Below are positions 37,637 to 48,972 of a stretch of 64,000 nt of DNA, in pieces. Position numbers and translations under genes: made by a program. The notes beneath the pieces were generated by a model. The model made no database searches. It was not told the DNA's origin and saw only the letters and a program-made list of their open reading frames with translations. This stretch comes from Neophaeotheca triangularis (Eukaryota). The DNA is taken from NCBI GenBank assembly GCA_054600435.1, contig BAAIJX010000007.1:1-64000 (forward strand), given 5' to 3'. How positions within the stretch are numbered: the first letter of the stretch is position 1; every line of letters begins with the position of its first letter.

Positions 37637-38469
37637 TCATCTATAAAACCAATACTCAGTCGCGTACTGAATCTCAAACGTCTCAGGCGAGTTGGAGCAA
37701 TCCTTGGGCGGCTTCCCACCCGCAGTGTTCACACGGTAGACTTCCATAATCTCCTGATCCGGCGCGACATCCGTCGTCTTGGCCTCCAAATACAACCAAG
37801 CCGCGGCTCCGTTCTTCTGGCCACGGACCCCAGCCATGGCGCCTTCGGGCGCGGGCGAGTCGTCGACTTTCTTGAACGTGCCCATGCCGTAGCTGTGGTG
37901 CTCGGTCGTGAGGTTGAAGATGGGCGTCGTGTTGTCGACGAAGTAGTGGTGGCCGACGAGGAAGCTGTCGAGGATTGATGGCGAGGCGGATTTGGAGCTC
38001 GGGGATGGGAGCCTGAGAGCGATGTCCGGGAGCGCGGCGAGGAGGTCCGGCATGGATGCTGCGATGCAGGAGGCGTTGAAGAGGAGCGCGTCGGCGCCGA
38101 TGGGTGCGGGAACCGCTGTGTCGTTGCTTTTGTCGCAGGTGTAGTTTTGCGTGCCGCGGCCGATTACGACTTGGTAGAGGGAGCCTTTTGGGGCGGGGAG
38201 GGATGGGTCGACTGGGTGGGGTTTTGTTAGGAGGGGTTGTGGAAGGTGCGGTCGGGTAGAGGGCGTGTCTTACTTGAAGGCATCGAGGCTTGACTGAGGT
38301 CACAGAGCGAATCTATCGAACTTGCTGATGCTACTCTGCTGTTCAAGTTGCTCGCCGCGTTGTGAGACCATGGTGCCCAAGAGGGAGCGTTCCACCATCT
38401 CTTGTCGAGTGGTACCGCTGAGGCTGTGATTGAGAAAGTTGCGAGTAGTGTCGAATGAGAAAACAACAT
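37637..38469 (-). CDS. Secreted DUF3455-family protein (often mislabelled 'malate dehydrogenase')
   Basis: Exons 38469-38274 and 38211-37637 (GTAAGA...CTAAC...CAG). Signal peptide plus LDKR Kex2-type site; motifs GRGTQNYTC, GHHYF, AWLYL, VYRVNTAGGKPP and YATEYWFY. Confidence 0.88.
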
Positions 38470-39856
38470 ATTGGAGAGTGTGAGGTGTAGTGCTCTTGCT
38501 AAGAACGATCAAATGATTTTTGTTGATGTTGATCGATCAGTCGACGGTAGTATTGGAAGTGGACTACTAATGGAAAACGGTGAATAGCTAAAAGGCGAAG
38601 AAACAAGAGGCTTGCAACAATTCGACCTACCTGTTCTATATACACTGATCGGGCCTGTCTTTCTCGATTTCATCGAGGGTGGTGTCCTGTCGCTCGCTGG
38701 GCGCGTAAATGCTGTTAAAATAGACAGAGCGGGCCCGGATCGCGGCATCAACGTTCATTGGAGGAGGGTAGGCGGATATGGGGGAAGCTTATGTCTTCTT
38801 ACAGGAAGGGCCCGACCTCTCTGGACGACATATTTGTTCTCTTCGAACTCAAGTCCTCTTTACAAGGCCTATCCTATGAGAGTATAACTGGACTTGAGGC
38901 TCGTCGTCTATTGCGGGCACGGCGCGAGCGAGTGTCAGCCTAAATGACGCCAGACGAACTGGCTTTGACCGGAATCGTGGACGAAATCGAACACTCCGAG
39001 TCAAGCCAGTCAAGACCGCAGACGCCATCCAGCTTGCACTTCCGGGCTATATGCGTTTATTAGGCGCCATTACCATCCTAGAATAAGGCAGCAAATCTCC
39101 CCAAGTTGGCTACACTCATCACTTCATCCGCAAAAAAAGTCCCCATAAATCTACCTTCCAGCCATCTGCACTAAAGAGGACCGGGGCGCTTAACGACATC
39201 TGCCCCAAGCTCCCACTCTCACGACGGCTGGACGAGAATCACTCAGTCTCCGGCTTTCCTGCTTGACATGCATATGATCTTCGATATCTGGTCTTACTTA
39301 CTAGAGCGTTTCGGAACTTGATCCAGGTGCGAAAGTGCGCTCTAGCCAGTCAAAGGATTGAGCTGCTGGGTTTCTATCCAGGTCTCGGGCCAGAACTTAG
39401 AAGAGGCGCTGAGGCTAAGGTACGGCTACTGCTCGTCCGACTGCCTGGTCGCTGTAGTCTGTAGGGCTCTGTTTCTAGGGCGGAAGCAGGATAGGGTGTC
39501 TGTCGCCTTCTACGGACACGCGATCAACCTCCCAGCGGAACAGTTGCTCGTTGATCTGCTGAGTACTCATGCCATGTGAACCGGAGTAATCCCAAGCCAA
39601 CGGAACAAGTCGCACACGCGCCATAAAAGGACAAAGCCTGTCGGAGGACTCTGACCCATTGCACCATGAATAGGCAGACGCCGAATGGACATTCAAAGCG
39701 AAGCTATGTGACGACTCCAACTCGAACCCTAACCAGCGGGCTGCAGATACCCCGCTTTCGCGCACAGACATCATCCGAAAGCACGCCCCTGACATAGAAA
39801 AGCTCCACCCTCATTTCGGCAAAACAGCAATAGAACAGACAGACCGCAAAGGGACG

Positions 39857-39882
39857 CAAAAAACAAAAAACAAAAACCAAAG
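39857..39882 (-). terminator. RNA polymerase III oligo-T terminator of the 5S gene
   Basis: Minus strand immediately 3' of the 5S reads CTTTGGTTTTTGTTTTTTGTTTTTT. Confidence 0.8.
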
Positions 39883-40000
39883 AGATACAGCAGGTAGGAT
39901 TCCCACGTGGTCACCCACCGCAGTACTGACCACCTGCTTCAATGCTTAAGTTCCAAGAGCGGACGGGGTTGGCTGTATTCATTGAGCTGTGGCCGTATCT
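39883..40000 (-). rRNA. Dispersed 5S rRNA gene (118 nt)
   Basis: Minus strand reads AGATACGGCC...CCCGTCCGCTC...CTTAAGC...CAGTAC...GGTGACC...GAATCC...CTGTATCT. All five helices pair when checked by hand. Confidence 0.95.
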
Positions 40001-41336
40001 GACGTCCTAACTTGCATGGTTCAATATCAAGTTTCACCGTAGGGCTTTCAGCAAGGTAAGTACGAAAGAAACATCTGCGAATCCGTTACCTACTTTACGG
40101 GATCGACTTGATTAAGTCTGTAGGTTTCTTACGCTTTCATTGCAGAGGAAAGGGCGCAGTGCGTAGAGCTGCACAATACTGCGGAGGCCTTAGGATCACT
40201 GAGCTTTGGCCGTATGTGCTTTGCTTGGTTGGGTATTGATATAATGAGTCTTCAAACTGCGCCGTGAAAGGAACAGATACCACGAGCGATGACAGCATAC
40301 GCCATATTCATGACGGGAAGCCTAAACCCATCAATGTACCGAGCTAACCTCTTCGTTCATGCGTACGAAGAGAGCTAATCTGCAATTCTACTCAAGCCTC
40401 TTGTTTGTAGACCGTGGACCGACAGCTCGATGGAAATTCGACTATCCCTAGCTCTTGAGTCTCTCGGCCACCTGCCTCGCTTTTCCCTCCGCTTTTTCTC
40501 GCCATCCTCCCTCAAATCTTGCACGCGGGTGTTCACAGCTATCCAGCAGCAGCGACATTCTCGTCGGCCGACGGAAGAGCATAGAGCGTGACGGTTTGAA
40601 TCCAACCACGCCCTCTTCAAGCCCCATCCGAGTCTCTTGCCCGTCCATTTGGATGATTATAAGCGTAGCAATGACTTCTGTCGCATGCCATCAGCGCACA
40701 CGTAGTAAGGAGCCATGTCGACAATCAATAAGCTTTCGGTTCTGGGCCTCTAGACGTTCGAAAGCTACGAAGAGGCTCGTATGGGACTGGTTTTTAGCGG
40801 GATCTTGACTCCGTGGTGTTGGGCTTGCCCTTTTGACACTTCCGTCCAGAGGCTCTCCGGGCTGACCGAACCCTCGCTCTCTACGCTCAAGAAAATATTG
40901 GCGGCTTTTCGTTGCAGGTGCGGTAGACTGTAGACCTTGAAGAAACGGCAAACGTGATCTGGGTTCTGGGTAGACATGAAGGCGTGTAATGTTAGCGAAG
41001 ATGCCCTATTGGATACATATCTTGGGTGCGAAATAGTCACCCATGCTGCATGCTCCGCATGATCGAACAATACTTTGAATGCGAGCAAATACTGTCGCGA
41101 GAAGATATATCAGGGACCTCCATCGCTCGTTTTTCTACTGCCTCGAGACTAGATGTGTGACTTGAGTGATATCTCATGTCTACGACGGATAGGATATGAG
41201 GCTTATTAGACACCATAAAATATACATGCATTAGACCTAGCAGGTACGAGCAGGCGACTCCCCCCAGTGTTTCGTCCGTCAGCGGCTACATGAAATAAAG
41301 TCCCATAACCCAACTCCTCAAATTCCCAGCAGCCGA

Positions 41337-41630
41337 CTACTTGACGTCAGCCCCCTCCTTCGAGCCGTCTTCGCCGGCCTTCTTACCACCGCTCAGCTTC
41401 CGCTTCCACCAGCCCATGGGAAGCAACTTCCCAGTCTCATTCGTGTCCCGGCCCATAAGCTTGTCAGCATCGCCAGGCTCGCCCTTCTTCAGCGAAGCCA
41501 TGATTTCGGCGGATTTCGCTCTCGCTCTGGCCGCGGCGTCGCTGGGCATGGCTTTCTCGTCGGTGGCGCGGGTGTCGACGTAGTACATGTTGGTATCGGG
41601 ACCCGTCTCCCATTTGTTTTTGGAGTTCAT
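41337..41630 (-). CDS. Small hypothetical protein (97 aa)
   Basis: ATG in the strong context CCCCGCCACCATG after an A/C-rich leader, a TATAAC about 235 nt upstream, and gene-like codon usage. No domain recognised. Confidence 0.65.
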   Translation of the reverse strand: MNSKNKWETGPDTNMYYVDTRATDEKAMPSDAAARARAKSAEIMASLKKGEPGDADKLMGRDTNETGKLLPMGWWKRKLSGGKKAGEDGSKEGADVK

Positions 41631-42981
41631 GGTGGCGGGGTTTGGAGTTGTAGTTTTATTGTTTTGAAGGGTTGCTCAAGAGCTATTGGTTGGCTTAGAT
41701 GTTTGTGAGGTGTTGTTGTTGGAGTGATGGGGATTGGTCTAATGCTTGAGATGGGCTTAGGGATCAGGTGCGTACTGTACTGTTGATGAATCGAAGAGGC
41801 ACTGTTACGAGGTAATACAGAGAGCTTCGAAATAAGACTTCAAGGCGGGAGTTGCTTGTAGTTATACCTTGCGTTGGAAGTCTTTCCTAGCCTCTGGGGG
41901 GCTAGCCCCACCCTCTAGAAGCGACGTGGGAAGGCTTACCGGTCACGCGCTGCTCAGCCTCGTTGCCGTTATGGGGAAAGTACCTACTTATCGTGGCATT
42001 TATGGGCGACCGCTACTAAGGTACTTCAAAGGTACTTCGAGGTAGGTCAGCACTAAGAAGGAGTAAGCAACCCGTGGCAACCTGAAGGCTCGCTTACAGT
42101 AGTGCTGATTGCATACTACATACCTACATAAGTTAGTAGCTGGCTGCGCAATCGAACTCGTGATGCACAACGCAGGCTGAGCCGAGCAGTGCAGGCGAGC
42201 CTTTTTCAATGTTGCACCACTGCCTGAGCAGCTTCTTAAGTGCGGGTTATTATTGTTCGCCAGGCTGTACCTACTGGGATGATGGCGTCCAAACGTTGGT
42301 CCGTCATCATTGATCCGATCGTGAGGGATTGACTTGCGCATCTCCGACGACTCACGAGGCTCCAGCCTTTAGGCATCAAATGAGGATCCTATCGTTCCAA
42401 GTTCCTTCGGCCCTCCCTTTCCCATAGAAAGAAGGATGCGCAGAACGGCTGTTATGCTGTGGACAAATGCCTCCACCCCGACCCGGCCCGCTCTCGAGCG
42501 ACTCTGACCAGAATGCTCTGAATCCAATGGAACCAGAGTCTTGGCAACAAAACAATGCCTTATTGCCACATGGTCGAAAAGCGATTCAGGAGTTGGCAAC
42601 ATTCAAACGAAGCTTGTAGAAGGATTCGTTAGTCGACGATTTGGCTGTCGCGCAAGCAGTGAAGGACCCGGCGGAGATTTCCAGGACACCACCCACCAAT
42701 CTACTATTATATACCAAATTTGAAGCTTAGGGTCTGCTCCCTCGAGGCTCACTCAATCCACCATGTTGATTGCGGTTCCCGAGTGCCGTGCTTCATACCT
42801 ACGCCACCATTCTTGCCTTTAGTCAGTTGACACGTCCTGAGCTACCTAGATATATCGCTTCCAGCTATCCTGATGAAATTAGTCGTCTCATGGACTCTCA
42901 CCATACTCCGGTCAACTAGAGAAGGGCATTTCCGCTCCCTACGCTCTCAAGCTTTGCAATGCTGTTACGGGTTCGTACAAA

Positions 42982-44745
42982 TTGCCGGTTACGCAAAGCC
43001 TAGCTACGGCTCTTCGATACTTGCGTTACCCAGACAGAGAGCGTACTCTGTGGATAGATGCCATCTGCCTGAACCAAACCGACTATGAGGAGCTCAGCAG
43101 GCAAGTCCCCCGTATGTACGACATATACCGATTGGCTCACAATGGTACATTGTGGCTCGGAAGAGAGGATGCAGCGAGCAAGGAGACTCTGCGCACACTT
43201 CAATACCTCGGTTCTCAGGTTGTGGCAGAGGCTGGTACGGGTTTGCTATTTTGTTCTCCTGATGCGGAGGAGGAGAACTGGTACGACCCCGACGTTGAGC
43301 TCCCGTACTTACCGGAGCAGTGGGATGGCATCAGGGCCATGCTGCAAAGACCTTGGTTTTACCGTCTCTGGGTGATACAGGAGATCCAACCAGGAGCTGA
43401 AGTGCGGTGTGGGCATGACGTCGTACCGGTGGCCGCTTTCACAGAAGCAATATATTGTTTGTATTCCAAAGCGCGCCTACCCATCGACCTGCGACAGTAC
43501 TTGGAGCAAGCGACGGGAACCATGGCACGACTGCCAGCCCTGTGTTTCACTAGGCTACTTTACCGTGCGTCAACTTTCAAAGCCTGCACCGACCCAAGAG
43601 ACAAGATCTACGGCTTGCTTGGTCTCGCGCCACGCAAATTCGCCAGCAGTGTCAGGGTCGACTACGAAGGCAGTAACACGGCTGCAGACGTTTTCGCCAT
43701 GACCACTCTGAACCATGCTAGCATAACAGAGCGCTTTGAGCACTTTCACAATTGCATACCAGCTGGCAGAATCATGCAAGATGCCCCGAGCTGGGTACCC
43801 GACTGGTACAGCGATTTACCTTACGAGACCTATATACCCGCTCTGTTCGCCACCAACACATCCCGCAGCCATCACAGCTACTCCTACATCAAGAGAGATG
43901 GTAAAGAAAGACCAGATGTACTAAAAATCCAGGGGCTGCGTTGCGCAACAGTCAGCAATGTCACAGATTCGCTCCCTTTGCGGTTGCACACTCCGGAAGC
44001 GATTGCGCACGTGCGGAAGTGGCAACCAACTGATCTTGAAACTGCCATCTACCAACCGACCGGCGAACCGCTGAGAAAGGCATACGCTTTGACAATCAAC
44101 TGCAGCATTGTCAAAGAACGCGAACCGGACTGGATATTAAGCTCGACAGAAGAGTGGGTCAAACAAGACTTCAACGAAGCCCTTTTTGGCCAGGCTGGAA
44201 CCGCTGAATGGGTCGAATCCAAGTGTCGACGCGATGTCCTCGATGCTCTTCAGTGTTGCGCTGGACGAGCATTCTTCCAAACCCGGGAGGGTTATATTGG
44301 ACTTGGCCCAGAAGACAGCAGAGCCGAGGATTGCATTGCGGTCTTGCTAGGTTGCTCAACGCCTCTCGTGCTTCGACCTAGTGACCGTGGTCGAGATTAT
44401 TACTCGGTCATCGGGGAATGTTTCGTCTATGGACTCCACGATGCCATGCCACTGCTAGGTCGCATGCCAGAGGGATGGCAGGGCATGGCAGCCTGGGAGG
44501 CCGGCGATCGGAGAGTGCTCCGGTTCTTGAACAAAGCCACGCAGCAAGTGACGAGAGAGGATCCGCGACTCGGTCCACTGGGTCCTTGGAAGAGGGTAGA
44601 GAAGTTGATAGATGGCGACGATCCGACCAATTTCGACTTCTTCAGAAACTCGGAGACTGACGAGACGATCAACTATGATCCAAGGCTAGAGCCGGAGTGT
44701 CTCGAGGAACGAGGGGTTGCTCTTTCTTGGTTTTCCCTAGTATAG
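42982..44745 (+). CDS. HET-domain (HET-6-like heterokaryon incompatibility) protein; 5' end unresolved, possibly pseudogenised
   Basis: Motifs ALRYLR...LWIDAICLNQ, QVPRMYDIY, RPWFYRLWVIQE, CTDPRDKIYGLLGL, PSWVPDW, GYIGLGP and IGECFVYG. No in-frame ATG upstream of the HET core. Confidence 0.85.
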   Translation: MPVTQSLATALRYLRYPDRERTLWIDAICLNQTDYEELSRQVPRMYDIYRLAHNGTLWLGREDAASKETLRTLQYLGSQVVAEAGTGLLFCSPDAEEENWYDPDVELPYLPEQWDGIRAMLQRPWFYRLWVIQEIQPGAEVRCGHDVVPVAAFTEAIYCLYSKARLPIDLRQYLEQATGTMARLPALCFTRLLYRASTFKACTDPRDKIYGLLGLAPRKFASSVRVDYEGSNTAADVFAMTTLNHASITERFEHFHNCIPAGRIMQDAPSWVPDWYSDLPYETYIPALFATNTSRSHHSYSYIKRDGKERPDVLKIQGLRCATVSNVTDSLPLRLHTPEAIAHVRKWQPTDLETAIYQPTGEPLRKAYALTINCSIVKEREPDWILSSTEEWVKQDFNEALFGQAGTAEWVESKCRRDVLDALQCCAGRAFFQTREGYIGLGPEDSRAEDCIAVLLGCSTPLVLRPSDRGRDYYSVIGECFVYGLHDAMPLLGRMPEGWQGMAAWEAGDRRVLRFLNKATQQVTREDPRLGPLGPWKRVEKLIDGDDPTNFDFFRNSETDETINYDPRLEPECLEERGVALSWFSLV

Positions 44746-45471
44746 CGGTGCTGGAATTGGGGATCCAGGGGCTTTCTAAAAGTGTAAACATGCTACGACG
44801 GTACGAGCAAGTGACAGATGTCTTATGATAACGAATGTCCCACGACTGAAGACCAGTTCTCTCTCTTGTAATTGGCAAGGGCACGGCGCCATATTCGCGA
44901 TTGCTGATGATATTATATTGCTTTCCGACCAGCCTGGTCATGTAGTACATGGTGTGCAGGCACAGTTGTACAGCCCTTAGAGGCGTACTTCGTTCACCAG
45001 ATACTTGTGACGTCTGCTTCCATCCCGTTTTATCTCACCGTCGACACGCCTAGATGATACAAACGTTCCAGCTCAAACAAGTGGCTTGATAGAGTTTTTC
45101 GCTTTACCGGTACCGCTAAGTCTGACGAAGAGTCGCTGGATTGCCGCCCTTTCCATTGTCGTCGACGTCGACCGAGCCGGAAACCAACGAGGCGGAGATG
45201 ACGGAGCACGTTTGCAGCGTAATCCGTGAGCACTGGAGAAAGGCCATCGCCCAGACTCGCGGACCCGATCAACTTGGGATGGAAGCCTCTTCCGTCGTTG
45301 AAGAGAGAGAGACGTGGAATCGCTCGAGGAAGGAAGGAAAAACACGGGCTACGTTCAAAGCCCAGGCCACTGGTTGAAGAAACTCGTGTGGTCGTAATGC
45401 ACTAACAAAAAGCTCGCCCCGTTAGACGGTCGCTCTATATAACCTCTCCAGAACGCCCTTCATTTTCGGTC

Positions 45472-48400
45472 TTAAGAAACCTCAACATCCCCCCCATCAA
45501 CACCACCGACCCCTTCACGCCTAACAACGACCGCCTTCATCCCACCCACCTTCTCTCCAAACTCAGCACTCCGCTTCAAATTTTGCGCCCCACTAAGCGC
45601 CTTCACAACCACCGTCTCGTTCCTTTCCCTCACCAACGCCCGCAATGCATGCACCAAAAACCCACTAACCTGCTCCACGTTCCACGAGTCTGGCAGCATG
45701 CCCAAGACCTCCGCCAAATCGAACCACTGCGCAAAGCGCTCAAGGAGTTCGGCCGTTCGCTCCAGACGCTCGGTCTCGTCGTCGATAGCGAAGAATTCGT
45801 GGAGCAAGTGAGAGAAGAGGCGGGATTGCTCCTGTTTTGAGGGGAGGGGGGTTTCGGCTGCGGAAGCGGAAGAGAGAGGGGAAGAGGAGGTGGTGTGGAA
45901 GATTGACGAGCCACCGAGCAGGCAATAGCGGATCGCTGTGTCGTAGTCACCCAACCCGTGGGTGAGGAGGCGCAAGGCCTGGTCGTGAGCGCCTTGGCGG
46001 CCGTTGAGAATGATCATCTCGGGGACGAGCTCATTGCTGTAGGGGGAGAGGCGGTCGCCCAGTTTATGCACGTCGTAAGAAGAGGCTGCGCCGTGGCTGC
46101 CACCTATGAGTTGGAGGAGGCGCAGGCGGTTGTGCCACCATTCGGCGTCGATGGCGTTGTCGGTGATGAATTGGCGGTAGGTCGGTTTGGGTGGGCGAAG
46201 GGCGCGGTAGGTCTCGTAGGATTGGATGAGGGTTTCGCGAGACTCGGGGGAGGCTTCGAGTTCGTTTAGGACCGTGTCGAGATAGAAGGCGATGAGATCG
46301 TTGACGTATTGCACATGATTCTTGCCGAAGACGAGGTGTTCGAGGTAGTCTTTGACAGCTCCTGGTGCTTTTTCTTTCAAGATGGCAACGGCTTCAGCGG
46401 GTTGGAACTTGACCTTATTGTTGTCGTCTGCAAAGACTTGCACGCCTAGCTTTGGGTTTCTATCGGCCAGCCAAGCACCGTAGTCTTGCACGAGGGAAAG
46501 GTCTCGGAGTTTTGTCAAGTAGCGTCGTATGTCTTGCTCGCCTTCAATGAGTTCGCCTCCTTCATCGTGCTCCCCTTCTAGAATGCGTTTCCAAGTGCCC
46601 AATACCTTAGCGGACAGCCTCTTGCTCTGGTAAAGACGACTGAGTAAGTGAAGCCGTTGGAACTGTTCGAAGAGTTTGACGGCTCGTTCAAAACAGTCTA
46701 CGCCCTTGTCGACGACATCGTTGAGCTCGGCGCGTATTGAGCCTGGCGTGGCAGGTCCTCTCGGACTGTGCTGATCCAACAAAAGTAGGACGTGGAGGAG
46801 CGCAGCGTCCACGCTCTGAAACACATGAGTTTCATCGGCAACGCTACCGAATCCCTTCTTCTTCCTCCAGCTAGAGAGGTATCTCTTTATGACCCCGAGC
46901 AGGTTGTCACCATATGGCCCTCTCACATCCTCTGACATCTTCACGGATCTGAATTCCCGTAGCATATCGGCAGTATCGCGTAGGCCTTGCGGAATCCAAA
47001 TTCCATCACTGCCTTCGACGACTTCGTCTGCAAGCGGCGACACCAAGTCGAGTACCACCCTTGGATCAATGTCACCCTGCGCAAGAGCTTCTTCAGCACG
47101 CCTTTTGTCGTGTTCGTAAGCTATAACGCCAGCAGATGTTTGCATCAAAAGGTAGCCAAACAGCAACAAGGATGCCTTTTGACGGATGTATGTGAGCGTC
47201 AAGAACTCGAGCTCACTCTTCGGCTCCTGACCCCTAACACCGTTGACAATACGTTGAGCAACGTGGACGTCGATAGCTAGCTCTCCAGAAGTATTGTGTT
47301 GAACGGCGGCTTTCAGCTGAGAGTCAAGCTGCACCAGTAGAGGGTTCCGTACTAGCCACTGGACTTGTGAATCGGAATAGAGCAGAACATTACTATTGAC
47401 CGCAGAAAAACGGGCGGCAAAGCGGTCTTCTTCTGCGTTCCTCCTCGACTCTTTGTCATTATCTACCTCCGCTGGATGCTTTCGAGCCAGTCGCCGCAGA
47501 CGGATAGTGGTGCTGACCTCGAACATGCCAATCTCGGCCGACGAAGTTGCTTGTCGCAATCCGGCACTGGCAGATTGCTGGCCATCTGCACTTGGATTTG
47601 ACGAGAGCGTTAAATGAAGCCACTCTTTGCTCGAAGTAGTCTCACCGCTATCACCAGCCCACCTTTGAATTTCAAGGGTGAAGCCAAGGCCAGTGGCAGT
47701 TTCTGTTTGCACGAGAGCAAGGGCGTGTCCAGCGCTTTCCCCGGATGCAGATATGGAAGACGCATCCTCGTCATTATCCAAAACGAGTGATGATGGGTAG
47801 CTGGAGAATTCGAGGGTTCCTCGGGAGACATCGCCATCCAGATTTACAAACATTCCAACAGCAGGTTCGGTTACTCGAGTGCCAGTTACCAAGAGAAACT
47901 CACTTGCAGTCGGCGAAAGGATGTGCGGGAGAAGAGGCTTGCTCGGAATGACAGGAGCACTTGGTTCTGTCCCTATGGCTGAAGGAGCCTGCTGTTCCTC
48001 TGTGCGCGCTTCAGCGCTCTCTTGCGGGCTAGGGTCTCTGATCGCTGGTTGTGGCGAGGAAACATGACGCCGCGATGAGTTTCTGGCAGGCCACGCGACA
48101 TTGCTGTCTGGTCGTAGCTGATCATGCTGCCGTGAGCTGACATGTAAACTTGCATTTCGGTTGTGCCCTCTGCCTTCGCGCACCGGACTTGTATTGGAAA
48201 AGCTGCGCGAAGCCTGCCGTCCGGGAGGGGTGAGATCCGCTCGGCTGGGTAGTGCTGGTACGGGCTCTTCGATAGCAGAGGCAATCGGGAAGAGATCGTT
48301 CTTTCTTTGATTGACAACGTCCAGTAAGGAGTACGACTTGCCATCCGCAACGCAAGCTAGATCACCCCTTCGTTGTAAGGCCAAGACACCACCAAGTTCG

Positions 48401-48972
48401 ATGTCCCTGATTTTGCGCGCCTCTTCTCCAATTCGAATGAGCCGCAACCGCTGCTTCAGACAGATGACAATGCTGGTCCCACCGTGTGTATCCGTTTCTG
48501 ACCCCTCATCGTTGCTATCAAGCCCACCAACCCAAGTGCAGCCTGCTTGTTGGATCTTGCCTCCGAATGCCGGGCTCAACTCTGGTAAAGTATAGAACGT
48601 GAGCGTGCCGTTACAGAGAATGCACGCCTTCCCTGCAGCTGGCAGGATCAGTATCTGCTTTACACCATCTGGCGGTTCTTGCTGAGTCTTGAACGGCGGC
48701 TGCAGTCTGGAAGCTAAGATATAGCTTGGCTGGGACGCCTCATCGGAGGGATCCGGCGGAATAGAGACGAAATGTAACAGCTCAGCGGCAGAAGTGCCTA
48801 TGTAGAGGTTTCCATTCCATGAGTCCACGCATGTGATGCGCACTTCGGGATCGTCAACGTCGGCAGATAGCGGGACGTCTTTGATCAGGTCCCGGAGGAC
48901 GTAGGTGCCTGAAGTGGAAGAGGCATGATCGGGGTCAGTCAAGGCCGCATTGGGAGTATCTCGAGCTTCCAT
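45472..48972 (-). CDS. CNH-domain Vps3/TGFBRAP1 (Vps39 superfamily) endosomal tethering subunit
   Basis: 1166-aa ORF. N-terminal CNH propeller (ITCVDSWNGNLYIGTS, GMFVNLDGD..RGTLEF) and helical repeats (YLEHLVF, HDQALRLLTHGLGDYDTAIRYC). Confidence 0.85.
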   Translation of the reverse strand: MEARDTPNAALTDPDHASSTSGTYVLRDLIKDVPLSADVDDPEVRITCVDSWNGNLYIGTSAAELLHFVSIPPDPSDEASQPSYILASRLQPPFKTQQEPPDGVKQILILPAAGKACILCNGTLTFYTLPELSPAFGGKIQQAGCTWVGGLDSNDEGSETDTHGGTSIVICLKQRLRLIRIGEEARKIRDIELGGVLALQRRGDLACVADGKSYSLLDVVNQRKNDLFPIASAIEEPVPALPSRADLTPPGRQASRSFSNTSPVREGRGHNRNASLHVSSRQHDQLRPDSNVAWPARNSSRRHVSSPQPAIRDPSPQESAEARTEEQQAPSAIGTEPSAPVIPSKPLLPHILSPTASEFLLVTGTRVTEPAVGMFVNLDGDVSRGTLEFSSYPSSLVLDNDEDASSISASGESAGHALALVQTETATGLGFTLEIQRWAGDSGETTSSKEWLHLTLSSNPSADGQQSASAGLRQATSSAEIGMFEVSTTIRLRRLARKHPAEVDNDKESRRNAEEDRFAARFSAVNSNVLLYSDSQVQWLVRNPLLVQLDSQLKAAVQHNTSGELAIDVHVAQRIVNGVRGQEPKSELEFLTLTYIRQKASLLLFGYLLMQTSAGVIAYEHDKRRAEEALAQGDIDPRVVLDLVSPLADEVVEGSDGIWIPQGLRDTADMLREFRSVKMSEDVRGPYGDNLLGVIKRYLSSWRKKKGFGSVADETHVFQSVDAALLHVLLLLDQHSPRGPATPGSIRAELNDVVDKGVDCFERAVKLFEQFQRLHLLSRLYQSKRLSAKVLGTWKRILEGEHDEGGELIEGEQDIRRYLTKLRDLSLVQDYGAWLADRNPKLGVQVFADDNNKVKFQPAEAVAILKEKAPGAVKDYLEHLVFGKNHVQYVNDLIAFYLDTVLNELEASPESRETLIQSYETYRALRPPKPTYRQFITDNAIDAEWWHNRLRLLQLIGGSHGAASSYDVHKLGDRLSPYSNELVPEMIILNGRQGAHDQALRLLTHGLGDYDTAIRYCLLGGSSIFHTTSSSPLSSASAAETPLPSKQEQSRLFSHLLHEFFAIDDETERLERTAELLERFAQWFDLAEVLGMLPDSWNVEQVSGFLVHALRALVRERNETVVVKALSGAQNLKRSAEFGEKVGGMKAVVVRREGVGGVDGGDVEVS

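Noticed and set aside
40375..41231. Overlapping minus-strand ORF fragments as a pseudogene or transposon relic
   Set aside because: No transposase, RT or other motif recognised and no terminal repeats; would need tblastx.
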